A DNA stretch of 64,000 bases from Spirochaetia bacterium (GTDB lineage: Bacteria; Spirochaetota; Spirochaetia; SZUA-6; Bin103): contig CBDBOV010000006.1 of NCBI GenBank assembly GCA_965208575.1, positions 1,312,001-1,376,000 of the forward strand, in the 5' to 3' direction. Position numbers and translations under genes: made by a program. Positions 39,705-50,011 of the stretch are shown in pieces; positions within the stretch are counted from its first letter, which is position 1, and every line of letters starts with the position of its first letter. The notes beneath the pieces are model-generated. The model ran no database searches, was not told the DNA's origin, and was given only the letters and a program-made list of their open reading frames with translations.

Positions 39705-40538
39705 CTATGGAATAGGTGGATGGTGGGCGGTGGCGAGCAGGGTGTCGAGGCGGCGGCGCATGCGCTGCCAGTGGCTGCCGGGCCAGTACAGGCGCGCGCA
39801 GCGGGGACAGCGGGAGAACGACCTCTGCTCGACGCGCACCATCGGCGGCAGGCGGTGCAGGACATCAGCCTTGGCCACCGCCTGCAGCGGCTCGTTGCAG
39901 CGCATGCAGCGGGAGAAGGGGCGGACGGCGGCGGCCAGGTCGAAGCGGCGCAGCACGAACAGCAACTGTTGCTCCGGATCCTGCGAACGCACGAAGCAGC
40001 CGTGGGTCACCGCCTTGCGCTCCAGCAGGCGGCGGTCGCGGGTCAGGATGATGCGCTGCTCGCGCCGCGCCACCGCCACCAGGCGGGCGTCCTCGTGTTC
40101 CGCACCGACCACCGGCAGCATGCTCGCGTCGGTGGCGTCCAGGCCGCACATGCGCAGCAGGGAGGCCAGCTTGGCCAGGTTGGCGTCGACCAGGAAGCGC
40201 ACCGCCCGCAGCGGCACCGGGCGCACCCGGGTGAGCGCCGCGATGTCGAAGCTCTCGAACACCGGGTAGACGCTGACCCGCTGGCCATCGCGTAGCTTGT
40301 GCGCGAAGTCCATCGACTCGCCGTCCACCAGAAGCAGGTCCACCTCGCCGTGCGGCACGCCGCAGTGCTCGACCAGCGCCTTGGTCGTGGTTCCGTCGTG
40401 CACAGCCAGCTCGAACTCCCGGCCGCGGCGATGCGGCGGCAGGAAATCGCCCAGCTCCTGGTAGAAGCGCACCCGCACCCGATGCTTCCGCGCGCGCGAC
40501 GAAGCCGATTCGGGCGATCCGGGAGAGATGGAGTTCAT
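39705..40538 (-). CDS. Mut7-C ubiquitin-like + Mut7-C RNase (PIN, Zn ribbon) protein
   Basis: RFYQELGDFL...GVPHGEVDLLLVDG...VSVYP; FLVDANLAKLASLLRMCGLD; ILTRDR; RCMRCN...RCPRC..LYWPGSH. Confidence 0.92.
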   Translation of the reverse strand: MNSISPGSPESASSRARKHRVRVRFYQELGDFLPPHRRGREFELAVHDGTTTKALVEHCGVPHGEVDLLLVDGESMDFAHKLRDGQRVSVYPVFESFDIAALTRVRPVPLRAVRFLVDANLAKLASLLRMCGLDATDASMLPVVGAEHEDARLVAVARREQRIILTRDRRLLERKAVTHGCFVRSQDPEQQLLFVLRRFDLAAAVRPFSRCMRCNEPLQAVAKADVLHRLPPMVRVEQRSFSRCPRCARLYWPGSHWQRMRRRLDTLLATAHHPPIP

Positions 40539-40573
40539 TTCGGGGTTCTTCCAATATAATTTCCGGCACTACG

Positions 40574-42130
40574 ATGAGTCAGACGACAATGCCGCGTTCG
40601 GTGGTCGTCGTGGGCGGCGGGCACAACGGCCTGGTGGCCGCCGCCTACCTGGCGCGCGCCGGCGCCGACGTGCTGGTGCTGGAGCGGCGCGACTTCGTCG
40701 GCGGAGCGTGCATCACCGAAGAGCTGTTCCCGGGCTTCCGGGTCTCCTCCTGCTCCTACATCTGCCACCTGCTGCAGCGCAAGGTGATCGACGACCTGCA
40801 GCTCAGGGACCACGGCTTCGCCATCCATCCGGTCGACCCCTACCGCTTCCAGCCGTTCCCGAACGGCAACTACCTGCTCCGCTGGCACCACGCCGCCGAC
40901 GGCGAAGCGGAGATCGCGCGGCTGGCGCCCGCCGACGTGCAGGGGTACCGCCGCTACCGAGCGTTCATGGACCGCGCCGCGGCCATCCTGTACCGCTCCT
41001 TCCTGACCGATCCTCCCACCCTGGCCGAAGTCAGCGCACAGGTGCGGGGCAGCGACGACGAGGCGGTGTGGGAACGGATGCTGACCGGCAACGTGCTCGA
41101 CCTGGTGCAGGAGCACTTCACGTCGCCGGAGGTGCGGGCGGCGTTCATCGATGCCCAGGACGCCTGCGACCCGCGCGCCCCCGGCTCGATACTGGCGCTG
41201 GCCTACTTCGACTGCGACCTGTCCACCGATCCGGCCGACCTCGGCATCCCGCACGGCGGCATGGGCGCCATCACGCAGGCGATGGCGCGCTCGGCACGGG
41301 CCGCGGGCGCCGAGATCCGCACCGGCGCCCAGGTAGCGCGCATCCTGCTGCGCGACGGGCGCGCGGTCGGTGTGCAGCTCGCGGACGGGGAGCGGATCGA
41401 GTGCGACACCGTGGTCAGCGGCGCCGACCCCAAGCGCACCTTCCTGGGGCTGATCGGCGCCGGCGAGCTGCCGCCGGAGCTGGCGGCCGGGGTGAGCCGG
41501 CTCAAGACCGAGGTCTCCTACCTGAAGTTCCACGCCGCCCTCGACGCGCTACCCGACTTCAGCGGCCACCTCGGCGCCCGCTACGACGAGAAGCTGCTGG
41601 TGCAGGTACGCATCTGCCCGTCGGTGGACTACTTCCTGCGCAGCGGCGACGACGCCCGCGCCGGGCGCCCCTCGTCCGCCCCGGTGATGCACATCCAGAT
41701 CCCGTCGGTGCTCGACCGCTCGCTGGTGCCGCCGGGCAAGCACGTGATGTCGGTGTGGGTGCTGTACGCGCCGGTGCGGCCGCGGCAGGGGAGTTGGGAC
41801 GAACTGCGCGAGCAGACCGGCGAGCAGATCATCGAGGTGATCGGCGAGTACGCGCCCGGATTCCGGCAGTCGGTGCGCGACTGGATGCTGTTCACTCCGC
41901 GGGAGCTGGAGCAGCGCGTGGCCCTGACCGACGGCAACATCCGCCACCTCGACATGACCTCCGCGCAGATGCTGGCGGGCCGCCCCAACCGCCTGCTGTC
42001 CGGCTACCGCACCCCGGTTCCCGGCCTCTACCTGTGCGGCGCCGGCACCCACCCCGGCGGCGAGGTCACCGGCGCCCCCGGCCACAACGCCGCCCACGCC
42101 ATCCTCCGCGACTGGGAATCTCCGGGTTGA
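40574..42130 (+). CDS. Phytoene dehydrogenase-like FAD oxidoreductase
   Basis: VVGGGHNGLVAAAYLA, LERRDFVGGA, GGMGAI, LYLCGAGTHPGGEVTGAPGHNAA. Confidence 0.92.
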   Translation: MSQTTMPRSVVVVGGGHNGLVAAAYLARAGADVLVLERRDFVGGACITEELFPGFRVSSCSYICHLLQRKVIDDLQLRDHGFAIHPVDPYRFQPFPNGNYLLRWHHAADGEAEIARLAPADVQGYRRYRAFMDRAAAILYRSFLTDPPTLAEVSAQVRGSDDEAVWERMLTGNVLDLVQEHFTSPEVRAAFIDAQDACDPRAPGSILALAYFDCDLSTDPADLGIPHGGMGAITQAMARSARAAGAEIRTGAQVARILLRDGRAVGVQLADGERIECDTVVSGADPKRTFLGLIGAGELPPELAAGVSRLKTEVSYLKFHAALDALPDFSGHLGARYDEKLLVQVRICPSVDYFLRSGDDARAGRPSSAPVMHIQIPSVLDRSLVPPGKHVMSVWVLYAPVRPRQGSWDELREQTGEQIIEVIGEYAPGFRQSVRDWMLFTPRELEQRVALTDGNIRHLDMTSAQMLAGRPNRLLSGYRTPVPGLYLCGAGTHPGGEVTGAPGHNAAHAILRDWESPG

Positions 42131-42191
42131 ACGCCGACCAGGGCCGTTATTGGATAGACTGAGGCCTGAATCCGAAGGGGGGGGCCAGCAA

Positions 42192-43412
42192 ATGAACGTA
42201 GCGGTCGTGGGTGCAGGAATCGTCGGAGGGGCAATCGCGTTCCACCTTGCTCGCCGCGGGGCGCAGGTGACGCTGATCGACGCCGGCGAGCCGGGCATGG
42301 GCGCCACCAGCCACTCGTTCGCCTGGATCAACAGCTTCGGCAAGGAGCCCCGCCATTACGGCGCGCTGAACCGGCGCGCCCTCGACACCTGGGACCGCTT
42401 CGCGCGGCTGCTCGACGCCGACATCGGCCTGCACTGGGGCGGCCAGCTCACCTGGGCGGCCACCGACGCGGACGCCGACGCCCTGGCGCGCAAGGTTGCC
42501 GGGTTGCAGTCCTGGGGATACGTCGCGCGCATGATCGACCCGGCGGCGATGCTGCGCCTGGAACCCGGCCTCAACCCCGGGACCGTGAAGGCGGCCGCGT
42601 ACAGCGACAACGACGGCCACGTGCAGGGCACGCTCGTCGCGCAGACCTGCGCCAGCCGCGTGCAACAGCTCGGCAGCCGCCTCATGTTCGGAAGCGCCGT
42701 CACCGGCCTGACGATGCACGCCGGGCGGGTGACCGCGGTGCAGCTTGCCGGCGGCCCGGCGGCGGACGCCTCGGTGACGGACGCCTCAGTGCCGGGCGGC
42801 TCGGTCGCGGACGCCCCAGTGCGGGGCGCCTCGGCGGCGGCCACCTCGGTGGCATGTGACGCGGTGGTGCTGGCGGCCGGGGTGGCCACCACCAAGCTGG
42901 CGGAGATGGCGGGCGTATACGTCCCGCAGCAGGAGAGTCCCGGCGTGGTGGTGCGCACCGAACCGATGGCGCCGGTGCTGCGCACCGTTGCCGCGCTGTA
43001 TGCTCCGCCAACCGGCACGCACGGCCTCAAAGTCCACGTTCGGCAGAGCCCCGACGGCATCGTCATGATGGGCGAAGGCAGCCAGGAGTCGCTGGCGCGC
43101 GACGACTCGCCCGAGCACGCCGCCCGGATCCTGGCGCGGGCATCCGTATACCTGCCGGAACTCGAATCGGCCACGCCCGTACCGGTGCCGGTCGGGTACC
43201 GGCCCATGCCGGTCGACGGCCTGCCGGTGCTCGGCTACACCCGCGCCGTCCCCAACCTCTACCTCGCGCTGATGCACAGCGGCATCACGCTCGCCCCCCT
43301 GGTCGGCGAGCTGGCCACGATGGAGATACTCGACGGCGCCCGCGTCGACAATCTCGAACACTACCGTCCCGAGCGCTTCGACCGCGCCAGCGGCACCCGG
43401 GACCGCCAGTAA
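42192..43412 (+). CDS. FAD-dependent oxidoreductase (DAO family)
   Basis: VVGAGIVG, ATSHSFAWIN, GYRPMPVDGLP, HSGITLAP. Confidence 0.9.
   Translation: MNVAVVGAGIVGGAIAFHLARRGAQVTLIDAGEPGMGATSHSFAWINSFGKEPRHYGALNRRALDTWDRFARLLDADIGLHWGGQLTWAATDADADALARKVAGLQSWGYVARMIDPAAMLRLEPGLNPGTVKAAAYSDNDGHVQGTLVAQTCASRVQQLGSRLMFGSAVTGLTMHAGRVTAVQLAGGPAADASVTDASVPGGSVADAPVRGASAAATSVACDAVVLAAGVATTKLAEMAGVYVPQQESPGVVVRTEPMAPVLRTVAALYAPPTGTHGLKVHVRQSPDGIVMMGEGSQESLARDDSPEHAARILARASVYLPELESATPVPVPVGYRPMPVDGLPVLGYTRAVPNLYLALMHSGITLAPLVGELATMEILDGARVDNLEHYRPERFDRASGTRDRQ
42762..42851 (+). repeat. 15-bp tandem repeat x6, in frame (ADASV-like)
   Basis: gcggacgcctcggtg / acggacgcctcagtg / ccgggcggctcggtc / gcggacgccccagtg / cggggcgcctcggcg / gcggccacctcggtg. 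Confidence 0.8.
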
Positions 43413-43480
43413 CGCGAATTCGGCGGTTATGTCGGCACAAATCGCGCGAATCGTGCGGGACATACTCGCCCGTGCCGGGC

Positions 43481-44371
43481 TCAGCCCTTGATGCCGGTGG
43501 TGACGATGCCCTGGATGAAGCGTTTTTGGGCGATGAAGAAGATGATGAACGCGGGCAGGGTTACCAGCACGTTGCCGGCCATCACCGTGTGCAGTTCCTC
43601 GCGCATGTAGCCCTCGTGGTCGCTCCAGATCCGGAACAGGCGCAGCACGATGGTGTCCTTGTCGACGTTGTTCAGGTAGATGAACGGCGCGAAGAAGTCG
43701 TTCCAGAAGTCCATGAAGCCGAGCACGGCGACGGTTGCCACGGCCGGCATCATCAACGGCACGATGATCTGGGCAAAGATGCGGAAGGTGGAACAGCCGT
43801 CGATCTCCGCGGCCTGGTCGAGCTCCTCCGGAATCGACTTGATGAACTGCCGGAACAGGAAGATCCGGAACGCGCCGCCGCCGAAGAACCAGGGCACGAT
43901 CAACGGCTTGTAGGAGTCGATCCAGCGCAGCCAGTTGAACAGCAGGTACTGCGGGATGATCATGATCGCCGGCGGAATCAGCATGGTCATGATCAGGACG
44001 GCGAACCACACGTCGCGGCCTGGGAAGCGCAGCCGGGCGAACGCGAACCCGGTGATGGAAGCGGACACCAGCGAGCCGAACAACGCCAGCGCGGTGATGA
44101 AGATGGTGTTGGCCATCGGCCCCGGGAACGGCACCCGGTGCCAGGTGTCGGGGTAGTTGGACCAGGTCACCTTGGAGGGCAGCAGCGACAGGCCGTACGC
44201 CTCCAGGTATCCCGGCTTGAGCGACGTGGACACCATCCACAGCAGGGGCAGCAGGGCGACCGCCACCAGGAGCAGCAGCAGCAGGTACACGATTACCCGC
44301 CACGCCGACTTGCGGACGCGCAGCCCGATCGGCTTGCCGCTCACCGCCGCTGCCAGCACTCCTGAACTCAT
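43481..44371 (-). CDS. Carbohydrate ABC permease (MalG-like)
   Basis: FAFARLRFPGRD, IPEELDQAAEIDGCS, WNDF, FIQGIVTTGIKG. Confidence 0.93.
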   Translation of the reverse strand: MSSGVLAAAVSGKPIGLRVRKSAWRVIVYLLLLLLVAVALLPLLWMVSTSLKPGYLEAYGLSLLPSKVTWSNYPDTWHRVPFPGPMANTIFITALALFGSLVSASITGFAFARLRFPGRDVWFAVLIMTMLIPPAIMIIPQYLLFNWLRWIDSYKPLIVPWFFGGGAFRIFLFRQFIKSIPEELDQAAEIDGCSTFRIFAQIIVPLMMPAVATVAVLGFMDFWNDFFAPFIYLNNVDKDTIVLRLFRIWSDHEGYMREELHTVMAGNVLVTLPAFIIFFIAQKRFIQGIVTTGIKG

Positions 44372-44396
44372 CGCACCAACTCCTTCGGCGTCATCA

Positions 44397-45281
44397 TCAC
44401 CCGGACCCCGCGTAGTACACCCAGCGCCGCGACCAGCGGAACAGGAACACGGTCAGGCCCAGGGTGAGCAGGAACATGATCAGGGCGATCGCCGCCGCGT
44501 AGCCCATCTTCAGGTAGGAAAAGGCATTGCGGTACAGGTACAGGAGCAGGGTGAGGGTGGCGTTGTTGGGGCCGCCGTTGGTCATCACCAGCGGCTCGAC
44601 GAACAGTTGGGTGGCCTGGATGCAGCCGATCACCAGGTTGAACAGCAGCACCGGCGAGATCATCGGCAGCGTGACCGCGATCAGCCGGTGGCGCATCTTG
44701 GCGCCGTCGATCTCGGCCTGCTCGTACAGCTCCTGCGGAATGCCCTGCAGCCCGGCCAGGAAGATCACCACCAGCGGACCCACCGACCACACCGACATTA
44801 CGGTGATAGTGGCGAACGCCAGCGGTTCGGAGCCGAACCAGTTGGGCGTGGGGCCGCCGAAGAAGCGCAGCACCACGTTCACCAGCCCGTACTGCGGGTC
44901 CATCATGCGGTTCCACAACAGCGCCAGCGCGTAGCCGGCCACGATCGAGGGCGTATAGAACAGCGTGCGCCACAGCCCCAGCGCCTTCACCTTCTGGTTG
45001 AGCAGCAGGGCGAGGAAAAACGCCGCGCTGACCCGCAGGCTCACCGAGAACACGATGTAGCGCAGGGTCACCGACAGCGAGGTGGGGAAGTTGGGATCCT
45101 CGGTGAACATCTCCACGAAGTGGCGCAGGCCGACCCACTTCGGCGGGTTGAAAATGTCGAACTTGAAGAAGCCCAGGACCAGGCCGTACCCGGCCGGGTA
45201 GAGCACGAACACGGACAATCCGATGATCCACGGGAAGATGAAGAGGTAGCCCTCGATCTTCTTCTTGGTCGAGCCTTTCAT
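44397..45281 (-). CDS. Carbohydrate ABC permease (MalF-like)
   Basis: GYLFIFPWIIG, LAGLQGIPQELYEQAEIDGA, TNGGP, GYAAAIA. Confidence 0.93.
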   Translation of the reverse strand: MKGSTKKKIEGYLFIFPWIIGLSVFVLYPAGYGLVLGFFKFDIFNPPKWVGLRHFVEMFTEDPNFPTSLSVTLRYIVFSVSLRVSAAFFLALLLNQKVKALGLWRTLFYTPSIVAGYALALLWNRMMDPQYGLVNVVLRFFGGPTPNWFGSEPLAFATITVMSVWSVGPLVVIFLAGLQGIPQELYEQAEIDGAKMRHRLIAVTLPMISPVLLFNLVIGCIQATQLFVEPLVMTNGGPNNATLTLLLYLYRNAFSYLKMGYAAAIALIMFLLTLGLTVFLFRWSRRWVYYAGSG

Positions 45282-45292
45282 GGAGATGGGGC

Positions 45293-45329
45293 GGTGCCCG
45301 GAACCCGCCTCTCGGGGATTCCGGGCACC
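45293..45329 (-). terminator. Intercistronic stem-loop between SBP and permease
   Basis: GGTGCCCGGAA...TTCCGGGCACC, 11-bp perfect stem. Confidence 0.55.
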
Positions 45330-45355
45330 TGTCTCAGCTTACGCGGTGCCGGGGA

Positions 45356-46699
45356 CTAGTCCCAGCCCTTGGCGATCAGGCGGGCCACCTCTTTGTCGAC
45401 GTTGGCCGCCGTATCCTCGGGCGATTGCGTGTTGATGAGCAGCTTCTCCATCTCCGTGTTGAGCGCCTGCTCTATCTCGCCCGCATTGGGATTCTGGCGG
45501 TTCCAGTAGCGCGGGTGCTCGATCATGTCGATGATGTCGACGCGCAACCGGTAGCTCGGCGGAGCGCCGGGGATCTTCAGGTAGGCGTCCGAGAAGGCGA
45601 CCTCCTTGGACAGCGGGGTATCGCGGCGCATGGTCTCCATCACGAATGTGTTGCAGCACATGAACGCCGCCAACTCACGCGCGGCCAGCGCGTACTTGGT
45701 GCGTGCATTGACCACCCACGGCGACACCGTCATCTGGGTGGTGTGCGGGTCGCCCTTGCCGACGCGCGGAATGGGCGCGATGTCCCACTCGAAGTCGTCC
45801 ACCAGGATGGTGGTCTCCAGGTACCAGGTACCGACGATCTCCATCGCCGTGAGCCCCTGCTGGAACGCCTCGCCGGCGACGGTGGCGCCGATGCGCGGTC
45901 GGATGAACTCGTCCTTGTAGATGCCGTCTTGCAGCCAGCGCAGCGCCTCGGCCGCACCCGAGTCCACCATCTGGCCCTGCCGCCAGTCCTTGCCCGCCAG
46001 CCACGGCAGGGTGTTGGCCTCGTGCTCGTCAATCGCCCACTCGGCACCCCACGACCACAGGAACACCTGGTACCACATCGACCAGGCGTGCCAGATGTTG
46101 AAGCCCCACAGGTCGTTCACGCCGTCGCCGTTCTCGTCGACGGTGAGCTGCATGGCGGCTGCCTTGACGTCGTCCCAGGTCCAGTCGTCGGTGGGATGCG
46201 CGACGCCGTACTTGTCGAACGCCGTCTTGTTGTAGAGCAGCAGGAACACGTTCATGGCGTCCGGCAGGCCGAAGAAGGTTTCGCCGTCGCGCGAAGACGA
46301 GAACAGCGACGAATACCACTTGCTGTCGTCCAGCAGGCCGTGCTCGTGCACGGTCTCGGTGACCTCGAGCAGCAGGCCCTTGCGCCACCACAGCGGCGCG
46401 TTGCTGGAGCCGAGCAGGAACACGTCGGGCGCGTCGCCGGCGGCGATCATCGCCTGCACCTTCTGGTTGTAGTCGGCGGTGATGTGGCGGAAGGTGGCTT
46501 CCACCCGGCCCTCGCTCAGGCGCGCGAACTCGGCTGCGCTGGCGGCGTAGAAGTCGGCAACCTCCTGACCGCCCCAGGCGGACAGAATCAACGGTACCGG
46601 TTCGTCCGAACTTGCTTCGTCCGAGTCGCCGGAGGCGAACGCGCCGGCGCTCACGAGCAGCAGCACCGAGGCCAGCGCGAGGGGCGTACGAATCTTCAT
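45356..46699 (-). CDS. Sugar ABC substrate-binding protein (family 1)
   Basis: Signal peptide, AGDAPDVF, LLYNKTAFDKYGV, WTWDD, FEWDIAPIP; RBS GGAGG. Confidence 0.92.
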   Translation of the reverse strand: MKIRTPLALASVLLLVSAGAFASGDSDEASSDEPVPLILSAWGGQEVADFYAASAAEFARLSEGRVEATFRHITADYNQKVQAMIAAGDAPDVFLLGSSNAPLWWRKGLLLEVTETVHEHGLLDDSKWYSSLFSSSRDGETFFGLPDAMNVFLLLYNKTAFDKYGVAHPTDDWTWDDVKAAAMQLTVDENGDGVNDLWGFNIWHAWSMWYQVFLWSWGAEWAIDEHEANTLPWLAGKDWRQGQMVDSGAAEALRWLQDGIYKDEFIRPRIGATVAGEAFQQGLTAMEIVGTWYLETTILVDDFEWDIAPIPRVGKGDPHTTQMTVSPWVVNARTKYALAARELAAFMCCNTFVMETMRRDTPLSKEVAFSDAYLKIPGAPPSYRLRVDIIDMIEHPRYWNRQNPNAGEIEQALNTEMEKLLINTQSPEDTAANVDKEVARLIAKGWD

Positions 46700-46920
46700 A
46701 TCGATCCTCCCTTGTGGTGAGTGAATGAAATGTGTGACGCGCTCCGCGTCACTTCAGGCCAGCATACGCTACGCCCGCAGGCTCTGCAAGCGCGCGCATT
46801 GACTCATCGAAAATCTAACCGTAGCGAAAGCATGCCTCATCTAAAAATCTAACCGAACGGGCTGGACCTTCCGGGTCCGGTTGGAGCCTCTCCGAGGGAC
46901 GTGAGGAGGTTCCGGAGGAG

Positions 46921-48195
46921 ATGGGGTTGAAGATGAGTTCAAGGCGAGAGCTCACCGAGCAGCACGCGCAGCGGTATCGTCGGGCGGGCAAGAAGGAGAA
47001 GGGGCGCATACTCGACGAGTTCGTCGAGTCGACCGGGTACCAGCGCAAGTACGCGATCCATCTGTTGACCTGGTGGGGACGGACCCGCATGGTGCGAGTC
47101 GACGGCACACTGGTGAAGCTGGTGGTCGGGCGTCCGCGGCCTGCCCAGCGCCGCGTGCGACCGCGGCGCTACGACCAGGAGGTGCTGGTCGCTCTGAAGC
47201 TGATCTGGTACGTGTTCGACTGCATGTGCGGCAAGCGCCTGGTGGTCGTGCTGCGCACCATGCTGCCGACGCTGGAGTCGTTCGGCGAGATCGAGCTGAC
47301 CGCAGCGGTGCGCGGCAAGCTGCAGACCATCAGCGCCGCGACCATCGACCGGCTGCTGCAGCAGGAGCGCGCACGGCTGCGCCTGAAGGGTCGCACGCAC
47401 ACCAAGCCGGGCACCCTCCTGAAGGATCAGATCGCGATCCGAACCTTCGCTGACTGGGACGAGCAGGAGCCGGGCTTCTTCGAGATCGACTTGGTGGGCC
47501 ATGAAGGCGGCAACGCGTCAGGCGACTTCTGCCACACGCTCACCATCACCGACGTTGACACCGGCTGGGTCGACCTGTACGGCGTGCAGAACAAGGCGCA
47601 GCGCTGGACCCACGAGGCGATCGACGCTGCCCGGCAGAGCCTGCCGATCGTGATGCGGGGGATCGACACCGACAACGGCAGCGAGTTCATCAATCATCAT
47701 TTGCTGCGCTATTGCGAAGCGCACGGCATCACGTTCACTCGGGGTCGCCCGCATCGCAAGAACGACACCTGCTACGTCGAGCAGAAGAATGGCCACGTGG
47801 TGCGACGGGCGGTCGGCCACCTGCGTTACGACACCGACCGGGAACTGGCTGCCCTCAACGCGATATACCGCCCGCTGTGCCTGCTGGTGAACTTCTTCTA
47901 TCCCTCGGTGAAGCTGGTGAAGAAAACCCGCACCGGCAGCAAGGTGCGCCGCATCTATGACGACCCGCAGACGCCGTATCACCGCATGCTGGCCTCCGAG
48001 TCGGTGAGCGAGAAGGTGAAGAACCGCCTCAAGCAGCAGTACGCGACGTTGAATCCGGTCGCCCTCAAGCGCGAGCTGACCAGGTTGACCGAGGATCTGC
48101 TGCAGCTGAACGTCAGCAAGACCGCCAAGGCCGCACCAAGCACGGTGCAAACACCGAGCGAGGAGCGTGGTGGCAGCGGTCGCACGGCAAAATGA
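46921..48195 (+). CDS. DDE-type transposase/integrase core (rve); IS family not assigned
   Basis: KKEKGRILDEFVESTGYQRKYAI, ISAATIDRLL, FEIDLVGH, IDTDNGSEF, KNDTCYVEQKN. Confidence 0.92.
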   Translation: MGLKMSSRRELTEQHAQRYRRAGKKEKGRILDEFVESTGYQRKYAIHLLTWWGRTRMVRVDGTLVKLVVGRPRPAQRRVRPRRYDQEVLVALKLIWYVFDCMCGKRLVVVLRTMLPTLESFGEIELTAAVRGKLQTISAATIDRLLQQERARLRLKGRTHTKPGTLLKDQIAIRTFADWDEQEPGFFEIDLVGHEGGNASGDFCHTLTITDVDTGWVDLYGVQNKAQRWTHEAIDAARQSLPIVMRGIDTDNGSEFINHHLLRYCEAHGITFTRGRPHRKNDTCYVEQKNGHVVRRAVGHLRYDTDRELAALNAIYRPLCLLVNFFYPSVKLVKKTRTGSKVRRIYDDPQTPYHRMLASESVSEKVKNRLKQQYATLNPVALKRELTRLTEDLLQLNVSKTAKAAPSTVQTPSEERGGSGRTAK

Positions 48196-48249
48196 CCCTC
48201 TCAGGCGGGTCTGACGGTCGATAATCGGAGAATGGGCGGTCAGCGATGA

Positions 48250-48320
48250 GAAAACGTCGCCTCAGCCGCGCTGTAAGGCCCCTCCACGACACGAGGTGGT
48301 GTCTGGATACCCCCGTGTCT
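48250..48320 (+). repeat. ~70-bp direct repeat with hairpin (copy A; copy B at 50222-50291; inverted copy at about 62911-62980)
   Basis: gtcgcctcagccgcgctgtaaggcc.ctcc.cgacacgaggtggtgtctgga.a.ccccgtgtc is present at both sites. Confidence 0.85.
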
Positions 48321-48337
48321 ATGCATAACCATGCAAT

Positions 48338-50011
48338 TCAGTGCAACTTTATCCGCGACCGTAAGCCGGGTGGCGGAGTCCCGGTGCCGTCCCTGCAGTG
48401 CCTCGGCGAGGCGATTGCGGACCGCTGCCAGCCGGCTGCGTACCCGCCTGATGCTCTTTTCCAGGGCCCGGCGCACCGGTTCACGACCCGTGCGTCGGGC
48501 TCCGGCGGCGCAAGGTCATGGCTCGGCAGCGCGTCAAGGTTGAACTGCTCGCGCAGGTACTTGAAGAAGTTCTCCTGCGACCAGCGCGAGAACATGGCGC
48601 CGGCGACCTGCGCCAACGGCATCTGCGGGTGCGTGGTGATCACCGCCACCTGACGACCGTTGGCCAGACGCCGCCGGATCTGGCGCACCACCAGCCCGTT
48701 GCGCAGCATGATCGGCTGCTCGGCCAGATCAACCGCAGTCGTGCTGGTGCCGGCGGGACCATGGATCGGTACCTCGAAGGTGTGGAAGTCTTCCGGCAGC
48801 CAGTCCGCGCCGTTGAAGTTCTTGTGCCAGGTGATGCAGGCGATGCCACGCCGGGCCAGGCGCTTGAACAGGTCCGGGCTCCAGCCCTCGCGGTCGAACA
48901 CCAGGGTCAGCTGCGGGGTACCGGCCGGTGCTCCGGTCAGGTCGGGGGCCGCTTCGGTCACCACCCCCAGGTGCTGCAACTGCGGCACCACGTCGTGCTT
49001 GATCGCATTCACCGGCTTCGGGTCCAGCGCCTTGTGCAGGCACAGCAGCGGTGCGCCGCCGAGGGCGTTGATCCAGTAGCTCACCGACGCCGGCAGACAC
49101 AGCTTCTGGCGTGCGACGAAGTGTTTCGGCAACCGCCCGTTGCGCCCGGTGTACACCTTCACGTGGCCATCCACGGCCAGCGTCGTCCAGTCGTCGTCGT
49201 GCTCGCTGGCCCAGGTACGCGCCAGTACCGATTGCCAATCGCGCACGGTGTGCTCGGCGCTGGCCAGCAGCCTGATCTTGCGGCGCAGCGTCTTGGTCTC
49301 CGGACAGCGGTCGAGGCCGAGGATGGCGCCCCACTCGCCGGGTGCCTGGTAGCGCAGGCTCTCGGGGTTGCGCACCCGGGCCAGGGTCATGCAGGCGACG
49401 AACAGGAGGATGGTGGTCAGGCCGTAGAATCCGGCCGGCAGGCGGAACAGGCGGTTGGCGGCGGTGAGCAGGCCCTCGCGCAGCAGCATCGCCAGTGCGG
49501 CCAGCACGCCGCCGCCAGCGACCGCGTGGGCGGGCTCGACGAACGCTGGTGTGGCCTCGGTCAGCAGGCCGGCTCTGGCGAGCGTGCGGCGTTCCACGTC
49601 GCGCGCCGCGCGGCCCATGGGCGCGTGCTTGTCGCGGGCGTCGCGGCTGGCGCGCTCAGTGGCGACCGCCGGGTCGCTGACCGCGGCGGCGGTGCTGACC
49701 GGGTGATCAGTGGTGGTGGCCGCCGGCGCAACCTCGGCGCTGGCGGCGGGCTCCCGGGTGGGATCTGTGATGACGCCGGCGCGGCGGTTCTCGTTGAAGG
49801 TGCTCACCGGGATGCCGAGTTCGCGAGCGCAGGCTGAGCCGCTCATCCCGGAAGCGAGCAGCTTGGCTGCCTGGTCCGCCATCTCGGCGTCGTCCACGGT
49901 GGCCTCCACGGCACCGCGCCGGCTGACTCCGGTCGGGCTACGCCCTCCGTCCGTCAGCGGGGTACAGCATCTCCTCCGCCCCGTTCGATCCCGACGGCTC
50001 CGGTGTCGCAA
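48338..50011 (-). pseudogene. Second putative transposase, frameshifted and 3'-truncated
   Basis: GEWGAILGLDRCPETKTLR, AVDGHVKVYTG, LVFDREGWSP, MFSRWSQENFFKY. The frame shifts near 48478 (continuation RRALEKSIRR lies in ORF 48240-48476). The start codon is uncertain. Confidence 0.78.

Noticed and set aside
46734-46752. GTGACGCG-CTC-CGCGTCAC inverted repeat upstream of the sugar SBP
   Set aside because: A plausible operator or hairpin, but a single instance with no regulator in the window, so it cannot be assigned.
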